From a virus (Duplodnaviria; Caudoviricetes): 49,924 nucleotides of DNA. Below the pieces are notes generated by a model. It saw only the letters and a program-made list of their open reading frames with translations, was not told where the DNA came from and made no database searches. This document shows, one piece after another, positions 17,202 through 26,906 of this stretch. Positions within the stretch are counted from its first letter, which is position 1, and each line of letters opens with the position of its first letter. The stretch spans positions 1-49,924 of IMG/VR virus record IMGVR_UViG_3300020207_000040; one strand, 5' to 3'. Both the position numbers and the translations under genes were made by a program.

Positions 17202-20200
17202 TATGCATTTTGTGTTATAGTAATTGTTTGATTTGCAACAGCAGGTCCTGTAACGCGTGAATTATTATATTTACTTATAGTTAATGTAGCAGTCCTACTA
17301 GACCCCGTTGTATTGTCACTTACATTAATTGCAAAAGGATAATTTGAACCAAGAAGATTTAAACCATCGGGATCAACAACCTTTGAGCCAGGCGAACCAT
17401 TTATTAATACCCAGTTTTGATTAGATGAAATTTGTATAGGTATTGTAGCTCCATTAGCATTTGTTATTAATGTGCTTGGATTAGAATCAGCTGCAAACGT
17501 TATTGAAGGGACGTAGGTTCCAACTGATGCAGTAACTTCGCCCGCTCCAGTTATTGTGGATGTAGCCAAAGTAGTTTCAGAAACTTTTGGTAAAACAATA
17601 GTTTTTTCTAAATATTCCTGAGTACTGCTTTCTACTGTAGATGTTACAGAATATCCGGGTACATCATAAGTAATATCATGGCCATCAGGTAAAAACACTT
17701 TGGTTGAGCCAGAAGCAGTCCATCTTATTGTTGCAGTTCTTGTGTCTGGACTATCATATGGTGTTATGGTGTATGCCACTCCAACCGTAGTCCCGCTTGG
17801 TGTTGTTATTACTCCGCTAGCGGGAGTTGCCCACGTAAGAGTTGGTTTTGCTAAAGCACTACCACTTATACCCAACGAATTGTTTGTTGCAACATTAGGC
17901 ACTGTGATTGGGAACCCAGCTGTTAACGAGCTAGACGTAACAGAAATATTAAATGGAACTATATTAGTAGCTCCGCCCATACCGCTGTGGTTTGAACAAT
18001 AATAATATAAATCAGGAGTAGATTCTGTTATTTCTATTTGTATATATGCACCAGCAGTTCCTGGAGTTCCATTTTCTGTAACGCCAGTTGTGTATTCTGA
18101 ACCGCCTCCGTGTGTACCGTCTGAAGTTGTACTGAATTTTAACGGATGAGATGCATTAGAAGAATCACTCTGATCAAATATATAAGTCTTGCCTATTGTC
18201 ATTGCTATAACAGGCTGTTTTATATCATCTATAACAATTTTGTTACCAGTATAATTTCTTATTATAACATCTTTTGTTACAGTGCCAGATATAGCGCTTG
18301 AATTATAAGAACCTAATGAAGATACATTTGCTGAAATGTAACCTGGGTCAATATAATGAGTGCTTATTGGTGAAACATCAACATCTAAATCCGTATTGCC
18401 TGGGTTTGTAAATGTAGCTAATGCAGGACTTACTGTCCCATTAGAAACAGCATCCCCAACGCTTACAGTAAGAAGACTCACTTCGTAAACCAAATCAGCA
18501 CCAATACCAGATACAGTAATTGTTTTTGTTTCGTTTATTGTGCCTGCGGTATAACTTATTAAAAATACTAAGTTGTTATTTGTTATTTGCGTTGGATTTT
18601 GAATAGTCAATCCGCTACCAGACAAAACAACATCCGTTACAGATTCAAATTGGTAATCGGCGTTTTTAGGCTTAGCAGTAATTACCCATTGGATAGTTTC
18701 ATTTTCTTTTGCATAGATAGATCTTTCACCAGAAACAACGCTATTGTTAACAGCTCCTGATAATTGCAGAGAAATTAAACTATAGCTATCTAGTACTGGA
18801 GCATCACCAACAGAACCTAAATCGGTTTGTAAAAAGTCAAGTTCCCAACCTTCAGTACCTTCATAGCTTATATTATTAAAAGTTTTAACCGTAGAAGGGT
18901 TATCATTTAATATTGGTTCAATATAAGATTCAGCAGCGGCTGCCCCGTAAAAAGTATTTCTATTTACAGTGCTATCATTATGTTTCCATAATTTACCGTT
19001 TTTAAAACTGTAATATACATTATTTAAACTAATGCCGCCCTCTTGTTCAAATGATTTAAAACTTGTCCATCCTTGCGAAGATTCATCAAAAGACAATGTA
19101 AAATAGTTATCACCTGCTGTAGCTATATTGGTGTCATCAAATCCACCATATCCTTCACCTATAATTGTTAAGTGATATAACCCTTGGTATTCATCATAAG
19201 AACCAATAACGTCAGTAGAATTTTTTAAAGCATCTCTAAAAAAGTCTTTCATTCCGTTTCTTGATATTTCAACCAATCCATTTTGAGAAAGGCGCATTAC
19301 AGCTCCTCTATTTTTATCTGTAAAGTATTTAGCATACCCATAATATGCAAATGATTTAGCATCTTTTGAAATACCAAACTCACCAGCGTATGGTGCAATA
19401 GTACCTAAAAACTGCGAACTTGTTGTTACAGGTATCGCTCCGCCTTCAGCAGAAAATATAAAGTTTTTATTTACAGGAGATCTTGAAATCTTATCTTCTT
19501 GAAAAACAACAACTTGCGTGTCATCCGCAAAAAGCTTTTGTATTGATCCATCTTGTGGATCTAAAGATATTGTTAAGCCGCCTTCAGATTCATTAAATTG
19601 ATTTATATAATTTACATTTGTTCTTGAATTAAATAAACCGCTTGAATGAATTAGCGTATTGAATCTTCTTTCTTCTGCAAAGTTTTCTTTTGTAACATAT
19701 GCTCTTACTCCTACATCAAAAGCTTTTTCATTATATCCAGCTCTTAATCTATTTATTTCAATATGAGCACCTGAACTAAATGTAAACAAATAACAATTAT
19801 AAAATTGTATATCTATAGCAGTTGTGGTTAATGTTGAAACCAAACCTCCAGTTGATGTTTCATAGAAAATATCTAAATCAGAAATAATAGGTTCTGTTTC
19901 AAACACGCATATTCCTCCGCTAACTCCATCTGTTGGTACAGTAGCAAGACCAGATGGATTTGCTATAGACTGTATTTTAGATAAACTAGCTGTTGTTTTG
20001 TTTACTCCATTTAATATTTTTGGATAAACAGAAACATTACATGGTGATATTGAGCTACCTGTGCTTGGGGGTATAACAGCTGTTTGATCTCTAGGTATTT
20101 TATTAATACTGTCTCCTAAACGAGATACTGTATTTAATGCTGTAATTCCTGAAATCCAATTATAATATTCTTGCTCTCTTTGTTTTACAACTATTCTATA

Positions 20201-21532
20201 AGAATAACACCAATCTAAGGCTTGTAAAGCATCAATAGAAGCTTGCGAAAATGCTATACGCAATGAATTAAAAGCTGTAGTAGTGGTAGCATCACCTGTG
20301 CTTGCGTCAACAAAAACAGTATCACCACCAGTTTCAGATAATAAAACAGGTGTTTGTCTTCCAAATTTATCAGCTAATACTACGCCAACTTGATATGTTC
20401 TTCTTGACTTTACAGACATTTTATCATCAAGTGCAGTATATCTTGCAGAGCTTTCGCCTGTTCTGGTTACAGTAAATGATAAAGCAGGTATATTATAGTT
20501 TTGTAAATAATTACCATATATTAATCTACCACCAGCTAATTCTTGAGATTTTGCTTTTCTCGGTACGGAATCATATACTCTTGTCAATTGATCCGCGGGT
20601 AATGTTTTGAAGGGGTCTTGTGATTTGTAGAAAAAGTTAACAGAAGTTTCTGTAGTTACAATTTTCTTTTCTACAACATAAAGAGAGTTAGATCCTGTTT
20701 CTTTATATATCAATTCAACCTTTTCAATACCAAAATTTGCAGGCGTAGGTATAGATAATTGTACGGATTTAATTGCATTTACAAATGTTTCAATTTCGCC
20801 AAAAGAATCAATGTTACTGGATACAGTATCTACATTGTCTAATCTTGAAAAGCACACAGGCGTAAAAGGAGCCAGTACGCTATATTCGCCATCTTCAAAC
20901 TGGTATCTATAAGAAAATCTAATTAATTTGTTTTCTAAAAAGTTTGATGTAATAGGATCACCGTTTTCGTCAACGTCTGATACCCCAACTATAGTTGCTG
21001 CATTATACGGAGCATATTTAGCTACCGAAATTAAATTATTAATATTAGCTGCAAGATTATAATAGCCGGGCGTATTTTTTGCCGTTTCAACGTTTATTTT
21101 TCTTGGAGGGTTTCTGTCATCTGTCCAAAACAAAAGTTTATCTACTAGATTAATTCCTGTTATTGGATAATTTTGATGAAAGTTTAAATCCTCACTGTTT
21201 ACTATTATAGTTGATTTATTTGATTTTTGATCGTATTCAATAATCTGGTGAGAGCCAGAATTAATTTCATTATACGAATTATTGTTGGTTACAAAATAAT
21301 ATATTTTTTCGTCACCATTATCTCTGTATTGCCCAATTGTTTTAGCATTAGATATTGTAGTGTCAACAATAAGCTTATTCCCTAATATATTTTCAACTGA
21401 ACCTATATCAGAGCTTTCAGATTTACTAACGTTTATATTTAAAGCTTCTCGATATTCTCCGGGCTTAAGCATTTTTTCATCTAAATCGCGATTCATTCGA
21501 CTCGCGTTAAAGAGTCTTTTGATTTCTGGCAT
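17201..21532 (-). CDS. Tail muzzle/stabilisation (tubular protein B-like) protein with appended Ig-like, cupredoxin-like and BACON-like domains
   Basis: MPEIKR.F...RMNRDLDE.....GEYREALNI, LLFWTDDRNPPRKINV, RFSYRYQFEDGEYS.LAPFT, GRLIYGNY, YFTDKNRGAVMRLS..GL.EIS..GM, GWTSFKSF. Confidence 0.85.
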   Translation of the reverse strand: MPEIKRLFNASRMNRDLDEKMLKPGEYREALNINVSKSESSDIGSVENILGNKLIVDTTISNAKTIGQYRDNGDEKIYYFVTNNNSYNEINSGSHQIIEYDQKSNKSTIIVNSEDLNFHQNYPITGINLVDKLLFWTDDRNPPRKINVETAKNTPGYYNLAANINNLISVAKYAPYNAATIVGVSDVDENGDPITSNFLENKLIRFSYRYQFEDGEYSVLAPFTPVCFSRLDNVDTVSSNIDSFGEIETFVNAIKSVQLSIPTPANFGIEKVELIYKETGSNSLYVVEKKIVTTETSVNFFYKSQDPFKTLPADQLTRVYDSVPRKAKSQELAGGRLIYGNYLQNYNIPALSFTVTRTGESSARYTALDDKMSVKSRRTYQVGVVLADKFGRQTPVLLSETGGDTVFVDASTGDATTTTAFNSLRIAFSQASIDALQALDWCYSYRIVVKQREQEYYNWISGITALNTVSRLGDSINKIPRDQTAVIPPSTGSSISPCNVSVYPKILNGVNKTTASLSKIQSIANPSGLATVPTDGVSGGICVFETEPIISDLDIFYETSTGGLVSTLTTTAIDIQFYNCYLFTFSSGAHIEINRLRAGYNEKAFDVGVRAYVTKENFAEERRFNTLIHSSGLFNSRTNVNYINQFNESEGGLTISLDPQDGSIQKLFADDTQVVVFQEDKISRSPVNKNFIFSAEGGAIPVTTSSQFLGTIAPYAGEFGISKDAKSFAYYGYAKYFTDKNRGAVMRLSQNGLVEISRNGMKDFFRDALKNSTDVIGSYDEYQGLYHLTIIGEGYGGFDDTNIATAGDNYFTLSFDESSQGWTSFKSFEQEGGISLNNVYYSFKNGKLWKHNDSTVNRNTFYGAAAAESYIEPILNDNPSTVKTFNNISYEGTEGWELDFLQTDLGSVGDAPVLDSYSLISLQLSGAVNNSVVSGERSIYAKENETIQWVITAKPKNADYQFESVTDVVLSGSGLTIQNPTQITNNNLVFLISYTAGTINETKTITVSGIGADLVYEVSLLTVSVGDAVSNGTVSPALATFTNPGNTDLDVDVSPISTHYIDPGYISANVSSLGSYNSSAISGTVTKDVIIRNYTGNKIVIDDIKQPVIAMTIGKTYIFDQSDSSNASHPLKFSTTSDGTHGGGSEYTTGVTENGTPGTAGAYIQIEITESTPDLYYYCSNHSGMGGATNIVPFNISVTSSSLTAGFPITVPNVATNNSLGISGSALAKPTLTWATPASGVITTPSGTTVGVAYTITPYDSPDTRTATIRWTASGSTKVFLPDGHDITYDVPGYSVTSTVESSTQEYLEKTIVLPKVSETTLATSTITGAGEVTASVGTYVPSITFAADSNPSTLITNANGATIPIQISSNQNWVLINGSPGSKVVDPDGLNLLGSNYPFAINVSDNTTGSSRTATLTISKYNNSRVTGPAVANQTITITQNA

Positions 21533-21535
21533 ATT

Positions 21536-22459
21536 TTAGTGTTTAATCCACTTTGACTTACCTCTTAATACTTGAGTTAATTCTTCTAGCTTAAGATTAC
21601 TTAATCTTAATTTAGCATTACGCATTTTTGCTGCAGCTTCTTTTTTATAAAGAGCAGCGGTGGGGCCACCTGAAGGGCGCAATTTAGATAAATTATAAAG
21701 CATATTTGCATATACCGCGTCTTCAGCAAGCTTAGGTACTAGTACGTTTTCAAAATTACCATTATCTCCTAGTCCATCTGAAATATATTGAAAAGCTATT
21801 AAATCACCTTCGCTAAAAAATGAATCAAAATATATTTTTCCATTTTCAAGATCCAACACATAGCTTCCATTTATATTTTGGCGTTCAGGCTCAGATCCAT
21901 ATCTTCTACCATAAGCAGAAAGATCGTCATCATCAAAATAACCATCATAATAGTTTTGAAAGTCTTTAGTTGTTAAAAATTTTTCAGAAGCTTGGAATCT
22001 TTCAATAGTTTCAGAAGTTTCATTAAAAGTTAAATTTCCATCCTGATCATAAACATATCTAAAGTCCTGATCTTGCATTACGGCTTTTGTAGGCTTGGTA
22101 TATTTTGCATTTTGTATAGGACGATGATTACCATTAGAATCTACATATGAAACTTTAACATAGTTTACATAGTCAGACGGCAAAGATAATTGTAAGGTGG
22201 AACTTAATTCAATTTCAATATTCTTTTCAGCATGGAAAATATCATAGCTAAATTCTTGAACAGATCTTTGCGCCCAAAATGCAACCTCGTATCTTGGCAC
22301 TTTAGTTAAAACTTTACCATCACCAACATAAGCAATCATAAAGTTATTTATAATATCATTTAAATGTACTCTACTGTAATATCCTGCAATAGCTGTTCCA
22401 GTTCCGCCTTCTGCTAAGGAATAATTATCTACGTCTAAAGGTTTTCTTGATATTGCCAT
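21536..22459 (-). CDS. Tail ring / tubular protein (crAss-like)
   Basis: DIINNFMIAYVGDGK, QEFSYD, LPSDYVNYVKVS, YISDGL, VPKLAEDA, LTQVLRGKSKWIKH; synteny. Confidence 0.75.
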   Translation of the reverse strand: MAISRKPLDVDNYSLAEGGTGTAIAGYYSRVHLNDIINNFMIAYVGDGKVLTKVPRYEVAFWAQRSVQEFSYDIFHAEKNIEIELSSTLQLSLPSDYVNYVKVSYVDSNGNHRPIQNAKYTKPTKAVMQDQDFRYVYDQDGNLTFNETSETIERFQASEKFLTTKDFQNYYDGYFDDDDLSAYGRRYGSEPERQNINGSYVLDLENGKIYFDSFFSEGDLIAFQYISDGLGDNGNFENVLVPKLAEDAVYANMLYNLSKLRPSGGPTAALYKKEAAAKMRNAKLRLSNLKLEELTQVLRGKSKWIKH

Positions 22460-23202
22460 TATTGTTCAGTTGCTTGTAATTGTTGATCTTTTGATTGTGC
22501 AAAGCCAGCCACATCCGCTTGCTTTATAGTAACACCCGCTAAAGTAAGTATTTTGTATACTAATTCGTTTTTTTCAGAAGGGTGTAATTCAAAATTTAAT
22601 GATTTTGCAGCATTGCCATAATCGTCCGTAGATGGATCAAAAACTGTAGAATCATATATAGGCTTATTTGGAACTCCGGATGCAACCTGCTGCGCTGTAG
22701 GCATCAAATAACCCCACTTAGGCTTGTTTGGTTTTTTAAGATATTCCAATAATACATTAGATGCTATAGTAGATGGGTATATTTTTATTGCATTACCATT
22801 TATTGTATATACAGGCTGAGTTGAAACTGGAGCTGTAAGCGGAGATAAATTTATATATTTTAAATCTTTATGAGAAGCTAAATCAGCATCAACATTATTT
22901 ACAGAAACAATACCAACTTTATATAAATCACTTGGTAGTGCCCATAAATTATTTGAAACAGTTAAATTTGAAGAAGCATAAAATATATTTATTTTTTCAG
23001 AATTTGATAAAACAGGATCTGAAAAATCTGCGCTTATTGCAACGCCAGACTCATACATTGCTTGCTTATTGAAATAATTTTCAAATATTTCATTTTGAGC
23101 TTGGTCCGCTAAGTTATTAAACTCTTCTGGAGTTATGTAACCTCTATTGTCTTTATTAGTAATAGTGAGTACAATATTATATACCTCGTTTATGTTTACC
23201 AT
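22459..23202 (-). CDS. Tail ring / head-tail connector protein
   Basis: VY..VL.I.NK.NRGYITP.EFN.LA.QAQ.EIF; Y.KKP..PKWGY; FELHPSE; synteny. Confidence 0.75.
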   Translation of the reverse strand: MVNINEVYNIVLTITNKDNRGYITPEEFNNLADQAQNEIFENYFNKQAMYESGVAISADFSDPVLSNSEKINIFYASSNLTVSNNLWALPSDLYKVGIVSVNNVDADLASHKDLKYINLSPLTAPVSTQPVYTINGNAIKIYPSTIASNVLLEYLKKPNKPKWGYLMPTAQQVASGVPNKPIYDSTVFDPSTDDYGNAAKSLNFELHPSEKNELVYKILTLAGVTIKQADVAGFAQSKDQQLQATEQ

Positions 23203-23221
23203 GCGTATCTTATTAATTAGT

Positions 23222-23252
23222 GAGCATAGGGTTGATTTCTCACCCTATACCC
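23222..23252 (-). terminator. Intergenic hairpin (terminator or mRNA-stability element)
   Basis: - strand GGGUAUAGGGU...ACCCUAUGCUC stem with G-U pairs; no clear U-tract on -. Confidence 0.5.
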
Positions 23253-23258
23253 TTTTTC

Positions 23259-24032
23259 TTATGAAAGTTTTTTCATAATAGACTTCATCAAATCAACACC
23301 TTCATCAGTTTTGAAATATTGTGCTAATGCACCATATGGATGTTGATCAAAAGGTACAGTCATTACCTTTTTACCATTTGCTAATTTAAATACTGTTCCA
23401 TCGTCAGTTAAGTTTAATAAACCAATTTCAACAGCTCTATTAGCTAAATTTCTAAGTTTTATATCTTCGTCTTGTGATAACTCAATAAATAAAGCTGGAT
23501 CATCTTGAGCAAACCTATAAGCATCTCGTTTTAATTCTTTAGAAGACATGCTTGAAACAGCCGAACCTAATTCGGTTCTCATAATTGCTTCTAAATGATC
23601 AACATCTAATGTTCTTACAAGATTTAAAGCTTCAAGTTCTAATTCTAATGATTCAATTTCATCAGTAGCTTCTTTAACTTCATCTATTTCTGTCCACAGC
23701 ATACCCGCTTGCGGGTGATACAAAGACATTAATTTTTGTAAACTTTGTTGTTGTTTTGGAACTTCAAGCACGCCATCATAAAAAATAATGTGACCTAAAG
23801 TAGCATATCCGCTTTGTTCATCAGCAAATAAAGATTTTTGATTTGTTGCATATCGAATTTCTTTTTGTTCGCCGTTTTCTTCATCAAACCAAAACAAAGG
23901 TTTTCTTATAGTATGTTTTGACTGTACAGTCCAGCTAATTGGAGCTTTATTGCCTGTTAAAACATATATTCTATCTTTTATTTCCCAGTTTTTTTCAATC
24001 TTACGTACTGGGGCTTTTTTTGTAGTTTCCAT
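23259..24032 (-). CDS. Conserved protein downstream of the capsid gene (function unknown)
   Basis: KDRIY.L, LFWFDE..G...EIRYA.NQKS.F.DEQ; fixed position between MCP and ring genes. Confidence 0.7.
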   Translation of the reverse strand: METTKKAPVRKIEKNWEIKDRIYVLTGNKAPISWTVQSKHTIRKPLFWFDEENGEQKEIRYATNQKSLFADEQSGYATLGHIIFYDGVLEVPKQQQSLQKLMSLYHPQAGMLWTEIDEVKEATDEIESLELELEALNLVRTLDVDHLEAIMRTELGSAVSSMSSKELKRDAYRFAQDDPALFIELSQDEDIKLRNLANRAVEIGLLNLTDDGTVFKLANGKKVMTVPFDQHPYGALAQYFKTDEGVDLMKSIMKKLS

Positions 24033-24056
24033 AATATAATATAATATAATTAATAA

Positions 24057-24092
24057 TAGAGGTATGGGGCAGCAAAGCCACCCCGTCCCCTA
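24057..24092 (-). terminator. GC-rich hairpin just after the major capsid gene
   Basis: UAGGGGACGGGGUGGC-UUU-GCUGCCCCAUACCUCUA followed by an AU-rich tract. Confidence 0.65.
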
Positions 24093-24099
24093 TAAAGTA

Positions 24100-25626
24100 T
24101 TAAGCTTTAAACAATACGAAATTGTTTGCACCTTGTACAACTAAACATCTTTCAGATAGATAGTGCATTCTCATCTCATCAATTGGAGAGTTAGAAGCGC
24201 CACCAACAGATCCTGTAACCCAAGATTTGTTTTTTCTGTTTTCTGTTTCAGAAGCACGGTAACGTACATGCAAGAATGGTCTCTTGATGTTTTTACCTAG
24301 CACTTGATCGTAAACTGTTGAAGTACCAGCAGGAACTAATACACCTTCAATATCTTTGAAACCTCCACGAGTAGAGAAATCATTTAAGTATTTCCAGTCA
24401 GTTTTATAGAAATCATAAGAACCACGACGGTATCCTGTGAATCCTAAGTTAAGAGCCATATCTTCGCTGTTGTTAAATACCCCGAAAGAAGTACCTCCAG
24501 AATATCCTCCATTTTGCTGTGCAAGAATGTCATCAATTTCTAAAGAAAGATCGCGACCTAAGAAAAGCATGTTTTCTTCGATTGCTCCTTGCTTGTCTAA
24601 TTGCTTAAGAACAGCGTCAAAATCTGTTAATGCTCCACCTGAAGCTTGTGCTCCAAAGTCAGAATATACATTACCACGATCTTCAATAGCAGCAAAGAAT
24701 CCTTGAGAACCTTTAGCAGTAGCTGTGATGTTTGAATCATAGAAGTCTAGAGTAGCTCCAGTACCATTTTGCTCAACACCTTCAACCATTGCCATTTCTA
24801 AGTAATCTTCCCAACGTAATCTATTTTCGTGCTCAGATTTTAGATACCATAAATATCCAGAAGCTCCGTTTTCAGAAGTCACTTCAATCCATCCGATTTG
24901 AGCAGTGTCAGAACCGTTGATAGAATAGTGCTCTTTAAGAATAACAGGGCTGTTCTTAAATGTAGCATAGCTAGGATCTAGCTTTTCAGTAAAGTTAGAA
25001 GATCCTTTTGCAAATTCAGAACCATAAGCAAGAGCTGTGAATCTTTCAGTTGCTAGGATAGCTGGAGTTCCAGTTAAAGTTTTAACTTGGAAGTATTGTC
25101 CAGATACATTTGTTACAATACCTTTAACAACAGACCCAGTACCTCCAATTCCAGAAGTAGCAGAAGACTGTGCTTGGATCATAACTGTTTGTCCTTTTCT
25201 AAAGTTAACAGCTGTTGTTCCTTGAGATGTAATACCTAAGCTTGTTGGCTGAGCAGCAGGAACAGTAAAGTTCATAACTTGTCCACCAGAAGCAGATAAT
25301 GTAGCTGTTCCAGGGGTAGTTCCTGTAGTAGGCATTGTAGCTGCAGAGCTTAAGTAAATAATGTTAGCATAACGAGTATGCAATCTACCTTGCTCAGTCC
25401 AGATAATTTGATCTGAAGTCGAAGGCATTTCTGCTGATACCATACGAAGGAAAGATCCGATAGAGCGATTTCCGTAACGCTCTACTTCTTGTTCGTATAC
25501 ATCAGGTAAAAATTGTTGTGCCCACTGATTAAATGAGCTGTCTGTAAAATCAATATAGTTACCAGTATAAAGAGCTTTGCTTTGAGTTGGTTGCAAAGCT
25601 GCTGGTATTCCACTTGTAAAAGCCAT
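24100..25626 (-). CDS. Major capsid protein (crAss-like HK97 fold)
   Basis: QQFLPDVYEQEVERYGNR, SDQIIWTEQGRLH, YGSEFAKG, QIGWIEV, GYLWYLK, LNLGFTGYRRGSYDFYKTDWKYLND; high-expression codon bias. Confidence 0.9.
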   Translation of the reverse strand: MAFTSGIPAALQPTQSKALYTGNYIDFTDSSFNQWAQQFLPDVYEQEVERYGNRSIGSFLRMVSAEMPSTSDQIIWTEQGRLHTRYANIIYLSSAATMPTTGTTPGTATLSASGGQVMNFTVPAAQPTSLGITSQGTTAVNFRKGQTVMIQAQSSATSGIGGTGSVVKGIVTNVSGQYFQVKTLTGTPAILATERFTALAYGSEFAKGSSNFTEKLDPSYATFKNSPVILKEHYSINGSDTAQIGWIEVTSENGASGYLWYLKSEHENRLRWEDYLEMAMVEGVEQNGTGATLDFYDSNITATAKGSQGFFAAIEDRGNVYSDFGAQASGGALTDFDAVLKQLDKQGAIEENMLFLGRDLSLEIDDILAQQNGGYSGGTSFGVFNNSEDMALNLGFTGYRRGSYDFYKTDWKYLNDFSTRGGFKDIEGVLVPAGTSTVYDQVLGKNIKRPFLHVRYRASETENRKNKSWVTGSVGGASNSPIDEMRMHYLSERCLVVQGANNFVLFKA

Positions 25627-25654
25627 TTTTTAAATGTTTTTAAAAATTAATTAG

Positions 25655-26878
25655 TTATTTCCATTTTATGCGCAATCGATCCGAAGAATCACTTTGTACA
25701 ACTCTTACTTTATTATCTGTAGGTGCTATGGCTGAATTATCAGTACGTGGGCTCATATCAATATTTTTAGACTTAGCTGCAGCTTCTTTTATAGCATCGG
25801 CACGGCCCTGCTCATAAAAATGATTTGCAATTTTATCTGCATTATTAGCTGCAAATAAAGCCTTATGATAATCACCTACTCTTTCCATGTGCCCGTCTTT
25901 ATTTAAAAACGGTGTAATAAAGTTTTCAATTGACGATTGTGAAGTTTTTACTTTTTCTGTATTATCAACTTTAAATCTATATTTCTTTTCTCCAACTTTG
26001 AAATCAAAACCTTTAAAATCATTTTGGAAAAACTTTTCAGATCTAGTATCAAATATTTCTTTTGCTTTTTTAGATTGTTCTTCGTATTCTCTTGCTTCGT
26101 TATAAAACTCATAAGCTTTTTTATAGTCATCAGGAATATCAGTTTGCTTTCTTAACTTAAGATCAGCATAATATTTTTCTTTTGAACTATTAAAAAACGT
26201 CTGCGCTTCATATAGTCTTTCTTTAAATGCAAGTTGTTTTGCTTTAACTTCAGATTGCTCAGCAACCTCTTCGTCATAAGCAAATTCTTTTTGCATTAAA
26301 AAATTTATATCCTCATTATCTAAATGAGGTTTTGTGTTTTTTAAATATTCAAAAACCAAAGTAGTATTATCCATTTTAGAATAATCTCTATTAAGGTTTA
26401 CATAATCCTCAAGACCCCCGCCGGTTTCTTCCATAAAGCTAATTAACTTTTGGATGTCTTCTGGATATTCTATTTGTTGCGGTTGTTCGGGTTCAGAAAT
26501 TTCCTGTTGTTCAGATTGTGTTTTTTGTTCAACAACATTTTCTTCAACAACTTCTTCAATAACTTCTTCTAAAACATTTACCTCTTCTTCTTGACTTGGC
26601 TCTTCTGTATTTTCGACCCGTACTTCTTCGTCCACTTTTTCGCTATCTCCGGCTGGTTCATCCATAGATACGCGCGTTGTTTCTTGCTCTTGAATGGCAT
26701 CTTCTTTTTGTTTTGGTGGGCTATCAACATTCACGCGATATACACCGTCGTCTTGAAACCCATAATTAGAATCTACTTCGCCAGCTTCTATTGCTTCTTG
26801 CAATACAGCAGCTTCTTTTTCTTGTGTTGAAACATTTTCTGTGCCTTCAACAGCTTTTACTTGTACATTTTCTTCCAT
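25655..26878 (-). CDS. Putative scaffolding protein
   Basis: Very acidic N-terminal half; FMEETGG.LEDYV.LN.DYS; HFYEQG.ADA; between portal and MCP. Confidence 0.7.
   Translation of the reverse strand: MEENVQVKAVEGTENVSTQEKEAAVLQEAIEAGEVDSNYGFQDDGVYRVNVDSPPKQKEDAIQEQETTRVSMDEPAGDSEKVDEEVRVENTEEPSQEEEVNVLEEVIEEVVEENVVEQKTQSEQQEISEPEQPQQIEYPEDIQKLISFMEETGGGLEDYVNLNRDYSKMDNTTLVFEYLKNTKPHLDNEDINFLMQKEFAYDEEVAEQSEVKAKQLAFKERLYEAQTFFNSSKEKYYADLKLRKQTDIPDDYKKAYEFYNEAREYEEQSKKAKEIFDTRSEKFFQNDFKGFDFKVGEKKYRFKVDNTEKVKTSQSSIENFITPFLNKDGHMERVGDYHKALFAANNADKIANHFYEQGRADAIKEAAAKSKNIDMSPRTDNSAIAPTDNKVRVVQSDSSDRLRIKWK
26578..26700 (-). CDS. Nested 40-aa basic protein (MPFKS family) in the +1 frame of the scaffold gene
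   Basis: MPFKSKKQRAYLWMNQPEIAKKWTKKYGSKIQKSQVKKKR*; 56/123 nt G+C by hand count, well above the flanks. Confidence 0.7.
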   Translation of the reverse strand: MPFKSKKQRAYLWMNQPEIAKKWTKKYGSKIQKSQVKKKR

Positions 26879-26906
26879 GATATAATATAATATAATAATT
26901 TATTTT

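Noticed and set aside
25948-26130. 60-codon +1 ORF in the scaffold 3' half
   Set aside because: No GC anomaly or motif; a Lys/Ile-rich by-product of the host frame
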